64,000 nt of DNA from Rhodosorus marinus CCMP1338 (lineage: Eukaryota > Plantae > Rhodophyta). The notes below the pieces were generated by a model. That model had not been told where the DNA came from. It searched no databases and worked only from the letters and a program-made list of their open reading frames with translations. Made by a program: the position numbers and the translations under genes. Each line of letters starts with the position of its first letter. Within the stretch, counting starts at the first letter, position 1. Shown here one piece after another: positions 30,141 through 41,466 of this stretch. The stretch covers positions 806,001 to 870,000 of the forward strand of contig JAMWBK010000007.1 in assembly GCA_029953675.1 (NCBI GenBank), in the 5' to 3' direction.

Positions 30141-31120
30141 CGTGTTGGCCGAACACCATTGAATGCATTTCGCCACCGCTGAGTACAGCTACTCATTAAC
30201 ATCCAAACTGGCTCCACTGTCCAGGACGCTCTGGCACCGCTGGCGATCTAAGCGCTATGATGAAAATGATGATGAGAATTCTCGAGCGATGAGATCGCCA
30301 ATTCCAGAGTCGAGAATTCTCCATTTCACATCTAGAGAGTACACTCGTCAGATAGTTCTCCTGGCTCAGACAACTCCTCTCTTGTACCGATCGCGAGTAG
30401 TTTGTATTCCAAGACAGCACCCAACGTCTCCAAGGTCCTCAAGGTCAAACCCAAACTCACCCAAAACAAGGGCGCGGAAATGACCATGTTCACCATGTTC
30501 GCTTTGCCTTAAGCAAGAAGACCATGTCGTACTGGACAGTGGAGCCAGTTTGGATGTTAGCGAGTAGCTGTACTCAGCGCTGTCGAAATACTTTCAATCG
30601 TGTTCGGCCAACACCGTAGAGTCCTAAAGCCGCTATAGATCTGTCGTTGCCGAACTTGTTCCCGGATTCCGTCCAACTGTTAGGTCGTGACCAGAATTCT
30701 CGAAAGGGACGGTCGTTCGGCAGGTCTAATGCTTTTATCGTTTTCGTTCTCGTCTCTGGCGCCGCTGGCGATCTCATCTAGTTAACTGGTCCTGCGGAGA
30801 GTCCCCCCGCTCGGCAGTTGACGGATTTCTCCAGAGTCTAACAGCGTTTTCTGGAGTCCCTAAGCATGCAACCGAGAAATCCGGCGTATTTTTTGTACTG
30901 CCAAGCAGGGGGACTCTCCGCAGGACCAGTTAACTAGATGAGATCGCCAGCGGCTAGAAGAGACCGCCAGAGGCACCAGAGACGAGAACGAAAACGCTAA
31001 AAGCAACAGACCTGCCGAACGGCTGTCCCTATCGAGAACTTGGTCACAACCTAACAGTTCGACGGAATCCAGGAACAAGTTCCGCAACGACAGATCTATA
31101 GCGGCTTTAGGACTTTACAG
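30141..31120. mobile_element. Ty1/copia reverse transcriptase relic arranged as nested inverted repeats
   Basis: 30141-30228 is inverted at 30528-30615, and ~30617-30830 is inverted at ~30880-31120. The minus strand of 30290-30480 reads FRALVLGEFGFDLEDLGDVGCCLGIQTTRDR/LSQENYLTSVLSRCEMENSR, which is RVT_2-like. Confidence 0.75.
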
Positions 31121-31420
31121 TAGCTCGGTGAGGAGGTGCTCTGTGTAAGAGTCGCCCACTTTCAAAGCCGGGATCTGAGTTCGATCCTAGACGAAGTTTA
31201 CTCCGCCAGGAAGATGCAAGCGTTCCTATGGGAATTGATTTGGATGTGAGTTGAGCAGACTCCGCTTGGCTCTGTGGTTGAGATTTCCTTGGTCCTATTC
31301 CTTTCTGGATCTATTTTCTTTACACATGTTCTAATCCCCGTTCTGCGTTCGTTTGTAACTCCCTGTCAAGGTTTTGGGGGTGAAAAGGAAACGGAACAAT
31401 CTGATGTTCATATCAGCGGG

Positions 31421-32072
31421 TCAGTCTGCTTCCGCCAGAATCTTTGGCACTCTGACAAAATCGGATTCTAGCAGCGGGGCTTCTTCCAGCATTTCATCCC
31501 TAGGCAAGAGCATTTTTGTGAGTCATCTCTGCGTCAAGCTGGCGAAGGAAGTGGTTGGTTCTAGGCAGAAGCTGGGGTAGCTCACTGTGCAGGGAAAATG
31601 GTCGGTGTATCCTCCCTCAGGACGTTCCACAAGTCTTCCACCCTCAGAGTTGGTTCTACTCCGCTGACATCCACAGAGTTAATCTTCAATTCGTCCACAA
31701 GTTTCAAGAAGGTCAAAGAAACATCGTTAGTCCTCCGCAATATCCAAGAAAAAGAGGCGGAATAATTGGACGGGGGCCACCCGTACCTGCTCAACAAACC
31801 CAACAATCTTCTGTAACTCCGGCGTAATTCTGTCCACTTCCTCGTTGCTTAGCTGCAAAGCAGCGAGCTTTGCAGTCTTCTCAACCACGTCTCTCGTTAT
31901 TTCAACCTATATAGGAGAAAACAATATCCCTTCTTCAGCACCGAGAGGCAAAAGACAACATCGAAGATGACCAGCACTCAACCTGTGTACTACAACATCG
32001 AACTGATCTCCTTGAAGCTCCTCTCCAAGCGGTCGTTCCGAGTCTCAGTGAGGACAACACAAACGCTGACAT
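31421..32072 (-). CDS. gatC: Glu-tRNA(Gln) amidotransferase subunit C, organelle (plastid)-targeted, 4 exons
   Basis: Spliced model MSAFVLSSLRLG..RCCSTQ|VEITRDVVEKTAKLAALQLSNEEVDRITPELQKIVGFVEQ|INSVDVSGVEPTLRVEDLWNVLREDTP..|DEMLEEAPLLESDFVRVPKILAEAD*. Confidence 0.88.
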
Positions 32073-32830
32073 TGTTAGGAAGAAGCTTGTCCGAGTTTAT
32101 CTGAGACTAGAATCATCAACTGTTCGATTGTCTCTCCTCTCCCGACCCCCACAGCTTCTCCTCTAGCCGGCGTCTTGATCATGACGGTCGAGGTCGACAA
32201 TCTGGTCTCTGGAAGAGGAAGGGCAACCGATCCCATTGAAACGAAGATGGATTTAGAAAAGACCAGCTGGATAGGATCTTCAGAACTAGAAAGAAGAATC
32301 CTTGAGCGTGAAAAAAATTCGACGTAGATCTTAGGAAGATGATTCTAGCCCCTGGTTTGTCCCGTTGTCTGGTGTGGTCCCTGCCACCAGTACTTTGATC
32401 CGACTGGCAGATGTCAGTAGGGCATGAGGGTGGAGTTGTATTGAAAAGGACTCCTTAACTTTTTGCCTAAGCTTTCAGAAACAGCTTCTCTCTACGCAAC
32501 CTTGCGATTCGATTCTGCTTTATGGCGCCTGAAGGAGAAGGGGTCGGCTGAGAAAGACGAGGAAACGCGACTTGGCGATGGAGACCATAATATTCCCGTC
32601 TTCCGGTTCACAAGAACAAGAGTAACCGCCCAAAAAGCCGAGTAATTCCTCGACGACCCCACCCAGATCCGCCAGGGACAGACTATCGACCATCTCGAGC
32701 TATAAAAAAACGTTCAGAGTTGAGCGCATATTTTCAGCTGCGAGGAGGATGGTGATACTTCTTCCACATCAATAAAAACTTCCCAACAATATCCTTTGGA
32801 AGGAAACAGATGACTTGAGCAAGGAGTCAA

Positions 32831-33150
32831 GCTATAGACTCCATCTATCAAACCAAAGCCATATGCTCCATCCGATTCTCTCAACGGACGAGGTGGATCG
32901 AGTTGATTGATCACTGCTCATAACCACATTACGACCAAGACGCGATTAATGATGCGGATCCCAAAGTCTTCATTGAAGACTCTCTCTCTCCGTAAAACTT
33001 TGCATGGACTTAAGCTATAGACTCCATCTACCAAAAACCCAAGCCATACCAACTATGCGATTCCCTCAACGGACGGGGAGATGGATGGGGTTGATCATGA
33101 TCGCTGCTCATAAACATATTATGACCAAGACGTGATTGAACATTTGGATT
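32831..33150. repeat. Diverged ~180-bp tandem duplication
   Basis: agctatagactccatcta..ctcaacggacg..ctgctcataa..atta.gaccaagacg.gatt occurs at ~32831 and ~33013. Confidence 0.8.
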
Positions 33151-33775
33151 CAGTAGTTTTCTCCCTCTCCCCCTCTCTCTCACTCCCTGTAGAAGATCGA
33201 TTCAGATGTGCTTAAGAGGACCCATTTCCTCGGTCCACATCGTACTAGCTTTCTTGTGGTCCTCATCTAATTGGAGCTGCAGCGAGTGTTGAAGGTCCTC
33301 CGCACAGCAAGAACTCTGTGGACAAACTTCGGGAGGACTCTCTCCCTTCGCTCAGGCTTTGAGAGCATAAAGTTTGGTCAAGTCGACCGTCTTGTTATTT
33401 AGTTTCCATATGCGGTCGCAAACGTCTTGTTCAAGCTGTGGCGATTGGCAGCAACCATTGAAACCGAAAAACGTTGGAAGGAGAGCTTTCCGATTATCCG
33501 ATCCGTTTTCAACAAGTAGCTGTCGACGCTGGAAAGAGCTAAGAGCTCACGAAGCTCGTCTTCTGGTTCTGACTCTGATCAGGCTGCTTCCGCTGTTGTT
33601 TTTGGTCTTCGTCAAAGGTGAGCCTGTTTTCACGACGTGCGGTGCTCGGGTTTCTTCTTCACGGCGGCACCCGCGGGAGTATTTGGGATGAGCGAGGACA
33701 GTTGTTGAGTATGGTTGGGAGGGCCGGGGTGGAGTTGGAAAGGGGCTACTGTAGCTTCTTCTTTGGGGTTTTGGG

Positions 33776-34767
33776 ATGGTAGGCTTTGTTATTTCTCCTA
33801 GTACAATCTGGAGAACTCGAGGGAGTCTTGGTGTTGAGAGGAGAGCAAGTGTGAAGACTTGGAGGGCGAGGAAAGCAACGGTGAGGTCCACTATGGTGGG
33901 AACGGCGGGAGTTGGGACGGCATTTATGCTGAGTACGTTGGCTGGGTTGAGTACTGGCATTGGTGAGTGATTATCCCCTTGAGCTGTACTTTGTCGCTGG
34001 TTTCGGTTCTAAACGAGCTTATATTTTTTCTTTGGTTTCCTCCTGTGAAAGGTGGGCTTCTGATGGTGTACCAAAAGGACTTGTCGTACGAAAAATTGGG
34101 TCTTTGGCAGGGTGCAGCGGGTGGGTTTATGCTGTGCGTATCCTTCGTTGATCTGCTTCCAGAAGTATTTGACACTGGTGTGTCGTATATCAGCTCTGGA
34201 TTGCTCTTCTCCGTCGGTGTTGGAGTCATAGCGGCGCTGAAGTATTTGGTTCCGGAGCCGGACTTAACCAAGCTTGGAGCAGAGGATGAAAACACGGCGT
34301 CTGTACTTTGGTCAGGTATACTGACAGCTTTTGGTATCGGCATCCACAACTTTCCGGAGGGAATCGCGGTTTTCATCTCGACCCTCCAGGGAATCGAACT
34401 AGGGCTTCCTCTTGCCATTGCGATTGGGCTGCACAACATACCGGAGGGAATGGCAGTGGCACTTCCCATCTACTTCGCAACGCAGAACAAATTTCGGGCT
34501 TTTCTGATATCCCTAATTTCTGGCCTGGCTGAACCTTTGGGCGTGCTGCTCGTCATATTGTTTTCACGGGGCGTACTGGACAAGGAAGTCGTTGCGCTCA
34601 TGCTCTCAACAGTTGCAGGTATCATGGTTTCCCTCAGTGTCTTTGAACTGATTCCACAAGCGGTGGAACATGCCGGCAAAAAGGCCGCGACGGTAACCAC
34701 CATTTTTGGATTTCTGAGTATGTCCGCGCTGCTGGTGGGGGTTGACCACTTGGGTTTAAAGGTTTAA
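33776..34767 (+). CDS. ZIP (ZupT-like) metal transporter, probably plastid-targeted, 1 intron
   Basis: Exon 1 MVGFV..AFMLSTLAGLSTGIG; intron gtgagt..aaag; then AAGGFMLCVSFVDLLPE, GIGIHNFPEGIAV, AIGLHNIPEGMAVALP, SGLAEPLG, VAGIMVSLSVFELIP. Confidence 0.92.
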
Positions 34768-37238
34768 AGGACTGGTCTCTGAGTTTTCTAGGCTTTACGT
34801 ATTCCTAGTCAGCCCCGGCGGATCCCTGTGGACTCCTCGAAGGACGCTCATGCTTTGGAACAATCTCTTTTGCTCTCGTCAGCAACCCTGCCGGCTTTGT
34901 GAACATTCTAACTTATTCTTGGCTTCAGAGGACGGAGTCAATTGATCAGTGGCAAGGTGGAGAAAGCTGTGCAGGCGCTTTTCCTTTGTAAGCAACTGAA
35001 TGATATTTGACCTCGACCATGCTGACTGTCTCAGACAGCCTTGCATGATGGTCGTTTGAGTCCGTTCAAAAACAACCTCACATTCTTGTAAAAAGAAGAA
35101 AGCACGGTCACATTGTGCAGTGAAACAATCGCTGTCCCAAGTAAACATCAAATGCGTCCCGCTATAAAATGATTGCAACAGTAAAGTTTTATATAATATC
35201 ATAACAACATGGGACGGTACTAACAGATGAGACACCCTTTAGGCCAATAATGACTGAAAAAAATATTTCGTTTTTTTTCTCCAAAAAAACAACTGAAACT
35301 ACTCTCTGCCCTTTTCCTCACTGGAACATTGGCCCTCAACCCCGCCTTGTCCTGGCCGCGCTAATTTATCAGAAATTCTCAAAGGACTGGCGGAATACAG
35401 CTGGCTTCCGGAACGCACTCAGTCAATACAAAGATGCCCCCTCATCGCCAGACTCGCTCCCAAAAAAACCCCCCCCCCTGCTGCTCAACCTCTACGTCAC
35501 CAAAGTGTACACGAAATTTAAGCCAAAACCTGAAAAAGTCTTTGTGTGATGGGGGGTTGGGGCGGGAGAATTGGAATATCAAAATGCTGACGACAGGGGC
35601 CTAAGATGCCGCCCACCCTTTCAACAATCCGAACCACAACACGTGACTCTAGTTTACTATATTTTTGTCATAAATATCTTATGTAGAAGAAATAATGTTT
35701 TCAATACAAACAACATTAATAACTATGAACTAAAACCCTCTCTGAAGTACCAGAAACGAAAAATTCCAAATCATTTATTTACTTCATGTCCACAGAATTT
35801 ATAAAGACGTTTATATAGGATGCTTAATGTTGCTAAACGGACGATACTATGGACACATGTTACTTTATGATTGGTTTATAATTGGTCGGGGCACCTTTCC
35901 TCCTTCGCCGGGATGGAAAAAAGGCTAATTTTTTCACTAAGAAATGAATTTTTTCATTGCCGCTGAGGAGGGCCGTGAGTGTTGAGGACTCCATGGTGCC
36001 CCTAGTTGGATGTTTCCATTTGTTTTTGTCAGTTTAATAAATGTTTTAAGAACGGACTACGGTCTCAAGCGAGGGGAGGGACGGGGGGGGGTAGGGGGAA
36101 CCTTTTTAGAAAATTCAAGATATATAAAGAAAAGCTCCTAAATATTGAACTATTCTGTTCCAGATAAGTTTAATTGCGTCAATAATTTACTCAATAATCG
36201 TTATTTATGAAAATATTTCTAAATCTAAAACATGAACGCATCCCCCGAAAGTGTATTTAATCCCAACTCAGTCGCTCTGACAGGGAGACAACAAATTATT
36301 TGGATGCAAGTTTTTCAAAAGATATTTATTCTTTCCATTTCTAACATAGCGGAGGGTGTTCTCAAGTGGGAAGAAATCCGTTTTACCCCTCCAGAGGACG
36401 GTCTAAACCATTTCAACTTCAAAAAACAAATTGAAAAAAAACTAATTTAAGTAGAATTCCAAGGCCATCGCCCCCCCTGCTCAGTTCCTTCCTATTCCTC
36501 AAAACGAAAACCTACCCCTCAAAACCATAAAAAATTAACCCCCTCGTCAATTTACTACAATAATTCAACCAGAGATCGTTCTCTCCCCTCCCCCTCCCCT
36601 TCCCCCAAGCTAAAATAGCTCGTCTCCACCTCTTAACCCCTGTACGTTTAGCTGAAATATAGATGTGTTTTCTTCTAAAATATAATTTAAATAACTTTTT
36701 CAGATCAAATATGGAATAATTATTACGTTATTCAATAATATTAATATCTATAATATGAATATGCGATGGTAATATGGAATGGGGGGGTAAATAGGAAGTC
36801 GATGTCCAGAAGAAAAATAGAAAAGGGGGGGAACAAAAGAATTTTGTTAATTCGGAATAGTAGTAGACCACTTAAGAAGGGGGGCTGACGGGGAGGGGGG
36901 GGATTGGGCGTGTGTGTGTGCTTGCTTTCAACATCTGACGTTTTGCTCTCTTCCCAAGTTCGAAACCGAAGGAGAGCTGAGAGAAGTAGTATAAGAAAGG
37001 TTAGTTTTGAGAGGAGAAGGCGTGAAGGTGAGGGAAGGGGTGAGGATAGGAGTACGGGGCGGAGGGAAGCCAGGCTTACTTTTTGAGGGGTGGGGGGTTG
37101 AGGAGGGAAGGTTTTTTTTGTAGTTGTCTCATCTTGTTGGGGTTGATGCACTGGTGAGGGGGAAGGGAAGAGGGGGGGGGCGTTGCCCAGGGTTTTGGGA
37201 GGGAGGTTGGTTGGAGTTTAACTGGGGGAGGGTGAGGG

Positions 37239-38275
37239 ATGAATTTTAATATGGACTACTGGGACTACTCGACGTTCTCCAGCGGAGTTCCGTTGGCGCC
37301 GAATTCTGGGTTTGAGCCTAATCCGAAGGCTTCGGGCGGGCTGAGCAATGAGGACTTTGGGAGGAGTGCGGTGGAGGGCGCGACCGGTCCAGTCATTCCG
37401 GAAAGCCAGGTTAAGGAGCAGTCTTATGCCGTCTGGGATGAGCAGCAAATTGGTAAGACCTCGAGAATGCCGTTTGAGAGGACTCCTGTGGGCGAGAGTG
37501 CTATGTATAAGGACTTCCCGAGGAGAAAGCAAAGGGAACGTTCTCCAAGCAATGTGCAGGACTTGTATAAGACTGAATTGTAAGCATTTACAGAAAGTTT
37601 TCTCGTTATAGGTCTTAAAATGCCTACTCATCTGAGCCTCGCTGCTTTTCTTTCCTCGCCAGGTGTAACTCTTTTACGGAGAACGGATCATGTCCTTACG
37701 GGGCCAATTGTCAATTTGCTCACGGGGGTGAGGAGCTCCGAGCCGTAACTCGGCATCCTAAGTACAAGACCAAGTTGTGCAGAAATTTTGCGGAAAGAGG
37801 AAGCTGTCCTTATGGCTCACGCTGTCGCTTTATACATGGCGACGAGGACGATACAATGCTGGAGCACGATAGTGACAGCTTCCCCTTGCAAGGGCAGGCT
37901 GGCCCGGTCGGGCAGTTGCAGACGCAGCGAAATTCGCTCTACTTCCGGGCACCGAGCCCCGATGCGAAACTGCCTCCTGCGTTTCCGGCTATGGGACCAC
38001 CACATTCTGTGGCTGCTTTGCAGAGCCCTGTTGTGAAGGGGGATGTTTTCTCATTCAACAACGGGCTTTTGAATGCTGGTAGCGCGTCGGCCCCGACGTC
38101 TCGACAGGCTTCGCCAACGCCGAATCAAATGACTGGAGAGACACCGGTTAGAGCTTCCACGCCGACTCCGCAGGGCAGCTCAGGCATCGCAGAGTTGAGC
38201 GACGCCTCAGATGCTAAGGTTGACGCAAACGCTCCGAAAAGGCGTCTCGCCGTCTTCGCAAAGTTTGCAAACTAG
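37239..38275 (+). CDS. Tandem CCCH zinc-finger (TIS11/ZFP36-like) ARE-binding protein, 1 intron
   Basis: LYKTEL|[51 protein letters not shown] and a C-terminal RRLAVF motif. Confidence 0.92.
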
Positions 38276-39338
38276 CTCCCTGTTCTTTTGAACTACTCGT
38301 GTTCCAGCGAAAGCTGGTAACACGGGCAGGTCAGGGGGAAAGGGGATTGTGGGATGGTGGGGTGGTGGGCATAGAGTTGCAAGGAGGGGTTGCTGTTTTT
38401 TTAATTTTTTTGTTTTGTATCACAAGTTATTTGTAGGGCTGAAGCTGAAGAACCTACCGAAAATCAGTGCGAAGAGGTAGAATATCCTGTCGTAGATTTA
38501 TTCTCGCGGCGTAGAATGTTTTTTAATGTGTGGACCGAGCAGGGTCTGAATGCCTCTCTTTCTAGGAAGTTGGGATGATCCTGCTCGAGCAAAAACTGGG
38601 CTTGGGTTTTTTGAAAAGGGGCATGATTTTATTTGTTTTGTAACGGCGCCCTTCCTTTCTCTTAATTATCTGTTAACGTTCATAACACTCCGTTTCTTTG
38701 TCATAACAAGCCTATCTAGCCTTGCCGCCTGTACCCCGCTGCGCTTGAGATTTGAGTTTGGGGCTCATGGCATGCAACGTTTGTAGGAACAACGTAATCT
38801 CAATAAAAACTCAAGGAAACGAGTATTTAAGGGTCGACACTATTGGAAATGCACTTGGTCAGGGAGGATTGAGCGAGGCAACAGATCGACCTAACTCGAT
38901 TGAGAGAGGGTATAAAAAAGGAGAAACGAGAGATGGGCCAAAAAATGGATCCCCAAAACGACGCAGAAAATTGATCAACTCAAAAGTACCCTTGCTCTGA
39001 CCCGCAGGGAGGACCAGAGCAAGGGCCATCGTATACTGCCTGCCCGGAACGCACAGTTCAACGCCAGTTCTCGTCACAAAAAAAAATTCAACTACCCCAA
39101 CGAGCAGCTCTTCCGGGGTCTGATCACTCGTACAGGTACTCACGTTTGATATCCAAAGGGCCATGATGGTTCAAATTTCGAACCGACGATGTCGAGGATG
39201 CGGCGGTCGCTCTCTTGTGAGCATCGCAGAATCGTCGACGAAAAAAAGCACTTTAGTCACGGCTACCTGAACTGTGTATAAACAAGGAGGGGATACAAAG
39301 GGCAACGGAACAAAAGAGAGCGCGCGACCCTGTGATCT

Positions 39339-40377
39339 TCAAATGTTGTTGTAACTCTTCTTCACGTACAAAGAGCTCAAAACTTTTCGCAGGTCCGCTT
39401 CTGAGCTTGAGAAGTCAGCAATCTTAGCCTGAACGATAAACGAGCAGAACTGATCGGGTCAGTGGTGTCGTCCCGGCGAATACATCTTGTCCATCATTCG
39501 TACCTGGCCAGTAAACACATAGAGGTTCTTGTCGTTGATCGTGAGTCTGGAAATATATCTCTTCATGCCCCGAGTATTTTCCTGCGTGGACGCGTTCGAA
39601 ATGGAATGAGTTGGGGGTCATGAACGTTTGGCGACGTGTTTTCGAACTTCAGAAGAAAGTGCGGTCTTTGGCCGGGATCCGTACCACTTCGTACTCAATC
39701 TCATAGTACGTGAGGCCATCCATATCAAAAGAATCAAAGGCCAAAGCCTTTACACTGCGGTTTTGGGCGGTAGAGAGTGAGAGGAAGGGAGAAGATGACG
39801 ATAGGATCAGTTGATAGCTCGACGTGGAGATGAACTCTGCATCGTCACCTTAGTGTCCCATCTTTCTTCTTTTCAACTCCTAGAACCTTGTCCGCCACTT
39901 GTTCAGGACTTCCGAACTCCTTTAGACTGTTGATTTTCACAGGATCTACGACGAGGCCAACTTGGGCGGAGGTTCCGTCCTTAACGACCAGGACTTCGCT
40001 GACGTGGGTCTTTATTTGCTTCTTTGTCGCGGTCCATGCGGGCGGATATCTGTACACGTTGTTTCAAGATAGAAAACCGCGCTCAGAACAAAAATAAATC
40101 TAGCCTCACCTCGGCGAGAGGGAACCACTTACTTGAAAGTATAACCAAGCGATGAAGGGCCCTTCCACACCAACTCGGAGGTCTCCTCCTCAGCCAGCAC
40201 CTCACCACCCACAGACAAAGAAACCAACCCCGCAGCTCCAAACAAAACCTCCCTCCTCGATACCTTGACTCTCTCACCACCTTCAACCTCACGGATCACC
40301 CGCCCACGCTGACCGCGGACTGATGATCCACATCCCAAACTCCCAGCTACGAACCCCATCACCCACGCCTTCCCCAT
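39339..40377 (-). CDS. PsbP-domain thylakoid lumen protein (PPD/PPL-like), multi-exon
   Basis: Transit MGFVAG, twin-Arg SRREVLFG, VLA|EE cleavage site; exons YPPAW..VGLVVDPVKINSLKEFGSPEQVADKV, DGLTYYEIEYE, RGMKRYISRLTINDKNLYVFTGQ. Confidence 0.85.
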
Positions 40378-41466
40378 TGCTTTCCCCCTAAAAACAAAGC
40401 AACCTTCAAGCCTTCATAAACACTTCCAGCATCCAAAAAAGATCAAAAGGCTCCTTTATTACATCCACCTATTGCCAACATCTGCCACGAAAACTGACAA
40501 GGAGGTGCAAAAGGCTCGCTCTGACTTGACAATCACAACTCGCCTTCTTCCCAACGCTAATCAATCCGAGAGCTCATCACAGCCACTCGATCCGATTAAA
40601 CGCGTTTTGGCACATTGGGACAGTACTGTCCCAATGGGACTCCCTGTGTCCCAACGGAAAGTGTTTCGGGGAGTGAATTCTCAGTACCAATGAGGATATG
40701 ACTCTGAGAAGGTGGTGGGTCCAGCGAGAGAGGAAGGGTGGTCACAAGTGTGTGGCTACTAAACTGCGATGTGCAACCCAAGAGTTGCCTCTCCACAGCT
40801 TTGTCTTTGGCCGGTGGGATCCGAGCCTAGGTGCCTGGTGAGGCGGTGAAGGTCTGCCATTGTACGTTCTGCAAGTAGTCCGTATGATACGAAGTCCATC
40901 CGTATAAAGTTCTCTGGGTCGGCGACTAAACCCGTCTGTCGGATGAATTGTGAAAGTTCAGTAGTGACATCGTAGGCGTAAGACGTGAAATTTGCCAAGG
41001 AGCAGCCAATGCCACTAGCTAGGCTTCTTGGATGGGAAATTCACTATGATACGGCTCCCCTTCTTTTCTAGACGCGTTGCTAATCTGTTCGTGGAGAGAA
41101 CTGACGTTTTCGCAGCACCAAAGTTGATCTCAGGTTGCGCCTGCCGGCGGTCAAATCGTTACCTGCCGTGAGCTGAAGGCGCCCCTGGGATAACCTCGCG
41201 ACGCCATAAGCAGAACGTCTATGGACCGGTATTTCGTTTGAAGCTGATCGGCTGTCGTGCGGGTGCATTTGCTTTATCCTCTTCGCAGGGAGACGTGATC
41301 GCTTTCATTTGACCTGTCTGCCAGTGTACAGAACTGTTGTCGGATTGTAAGTTTTATTATGTGAATTATTCGATGTGAGCTGTCTTAATCGAAAGAGCTT
41401 TGTAAAGTTAGAATTGGTCAGGCCGCGTCAGAAGACGACAGAAAGTCCTGCTAGATCTCTGGGAGA

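Noticed and set aside
31125-31200. tRNA-like sequence (ctttcaaa..gagttcgatcc)
   Set aside because: The T-stem and acceptor stem do not pair; at most a decayed tRNA/SINE fragment.
33547-33960. 137-aa Pro/Thr-rich minus-strand ORF
   Set aside because: Antisense shadow of the G-rich leader and exon 1 of the ZIP gene.
34879-35235. Possible tyrosine-recombinase/DIRS fragment (VRLFLNGLKR)
   Set aside because: Single short motif with no supporting catalytic residues.
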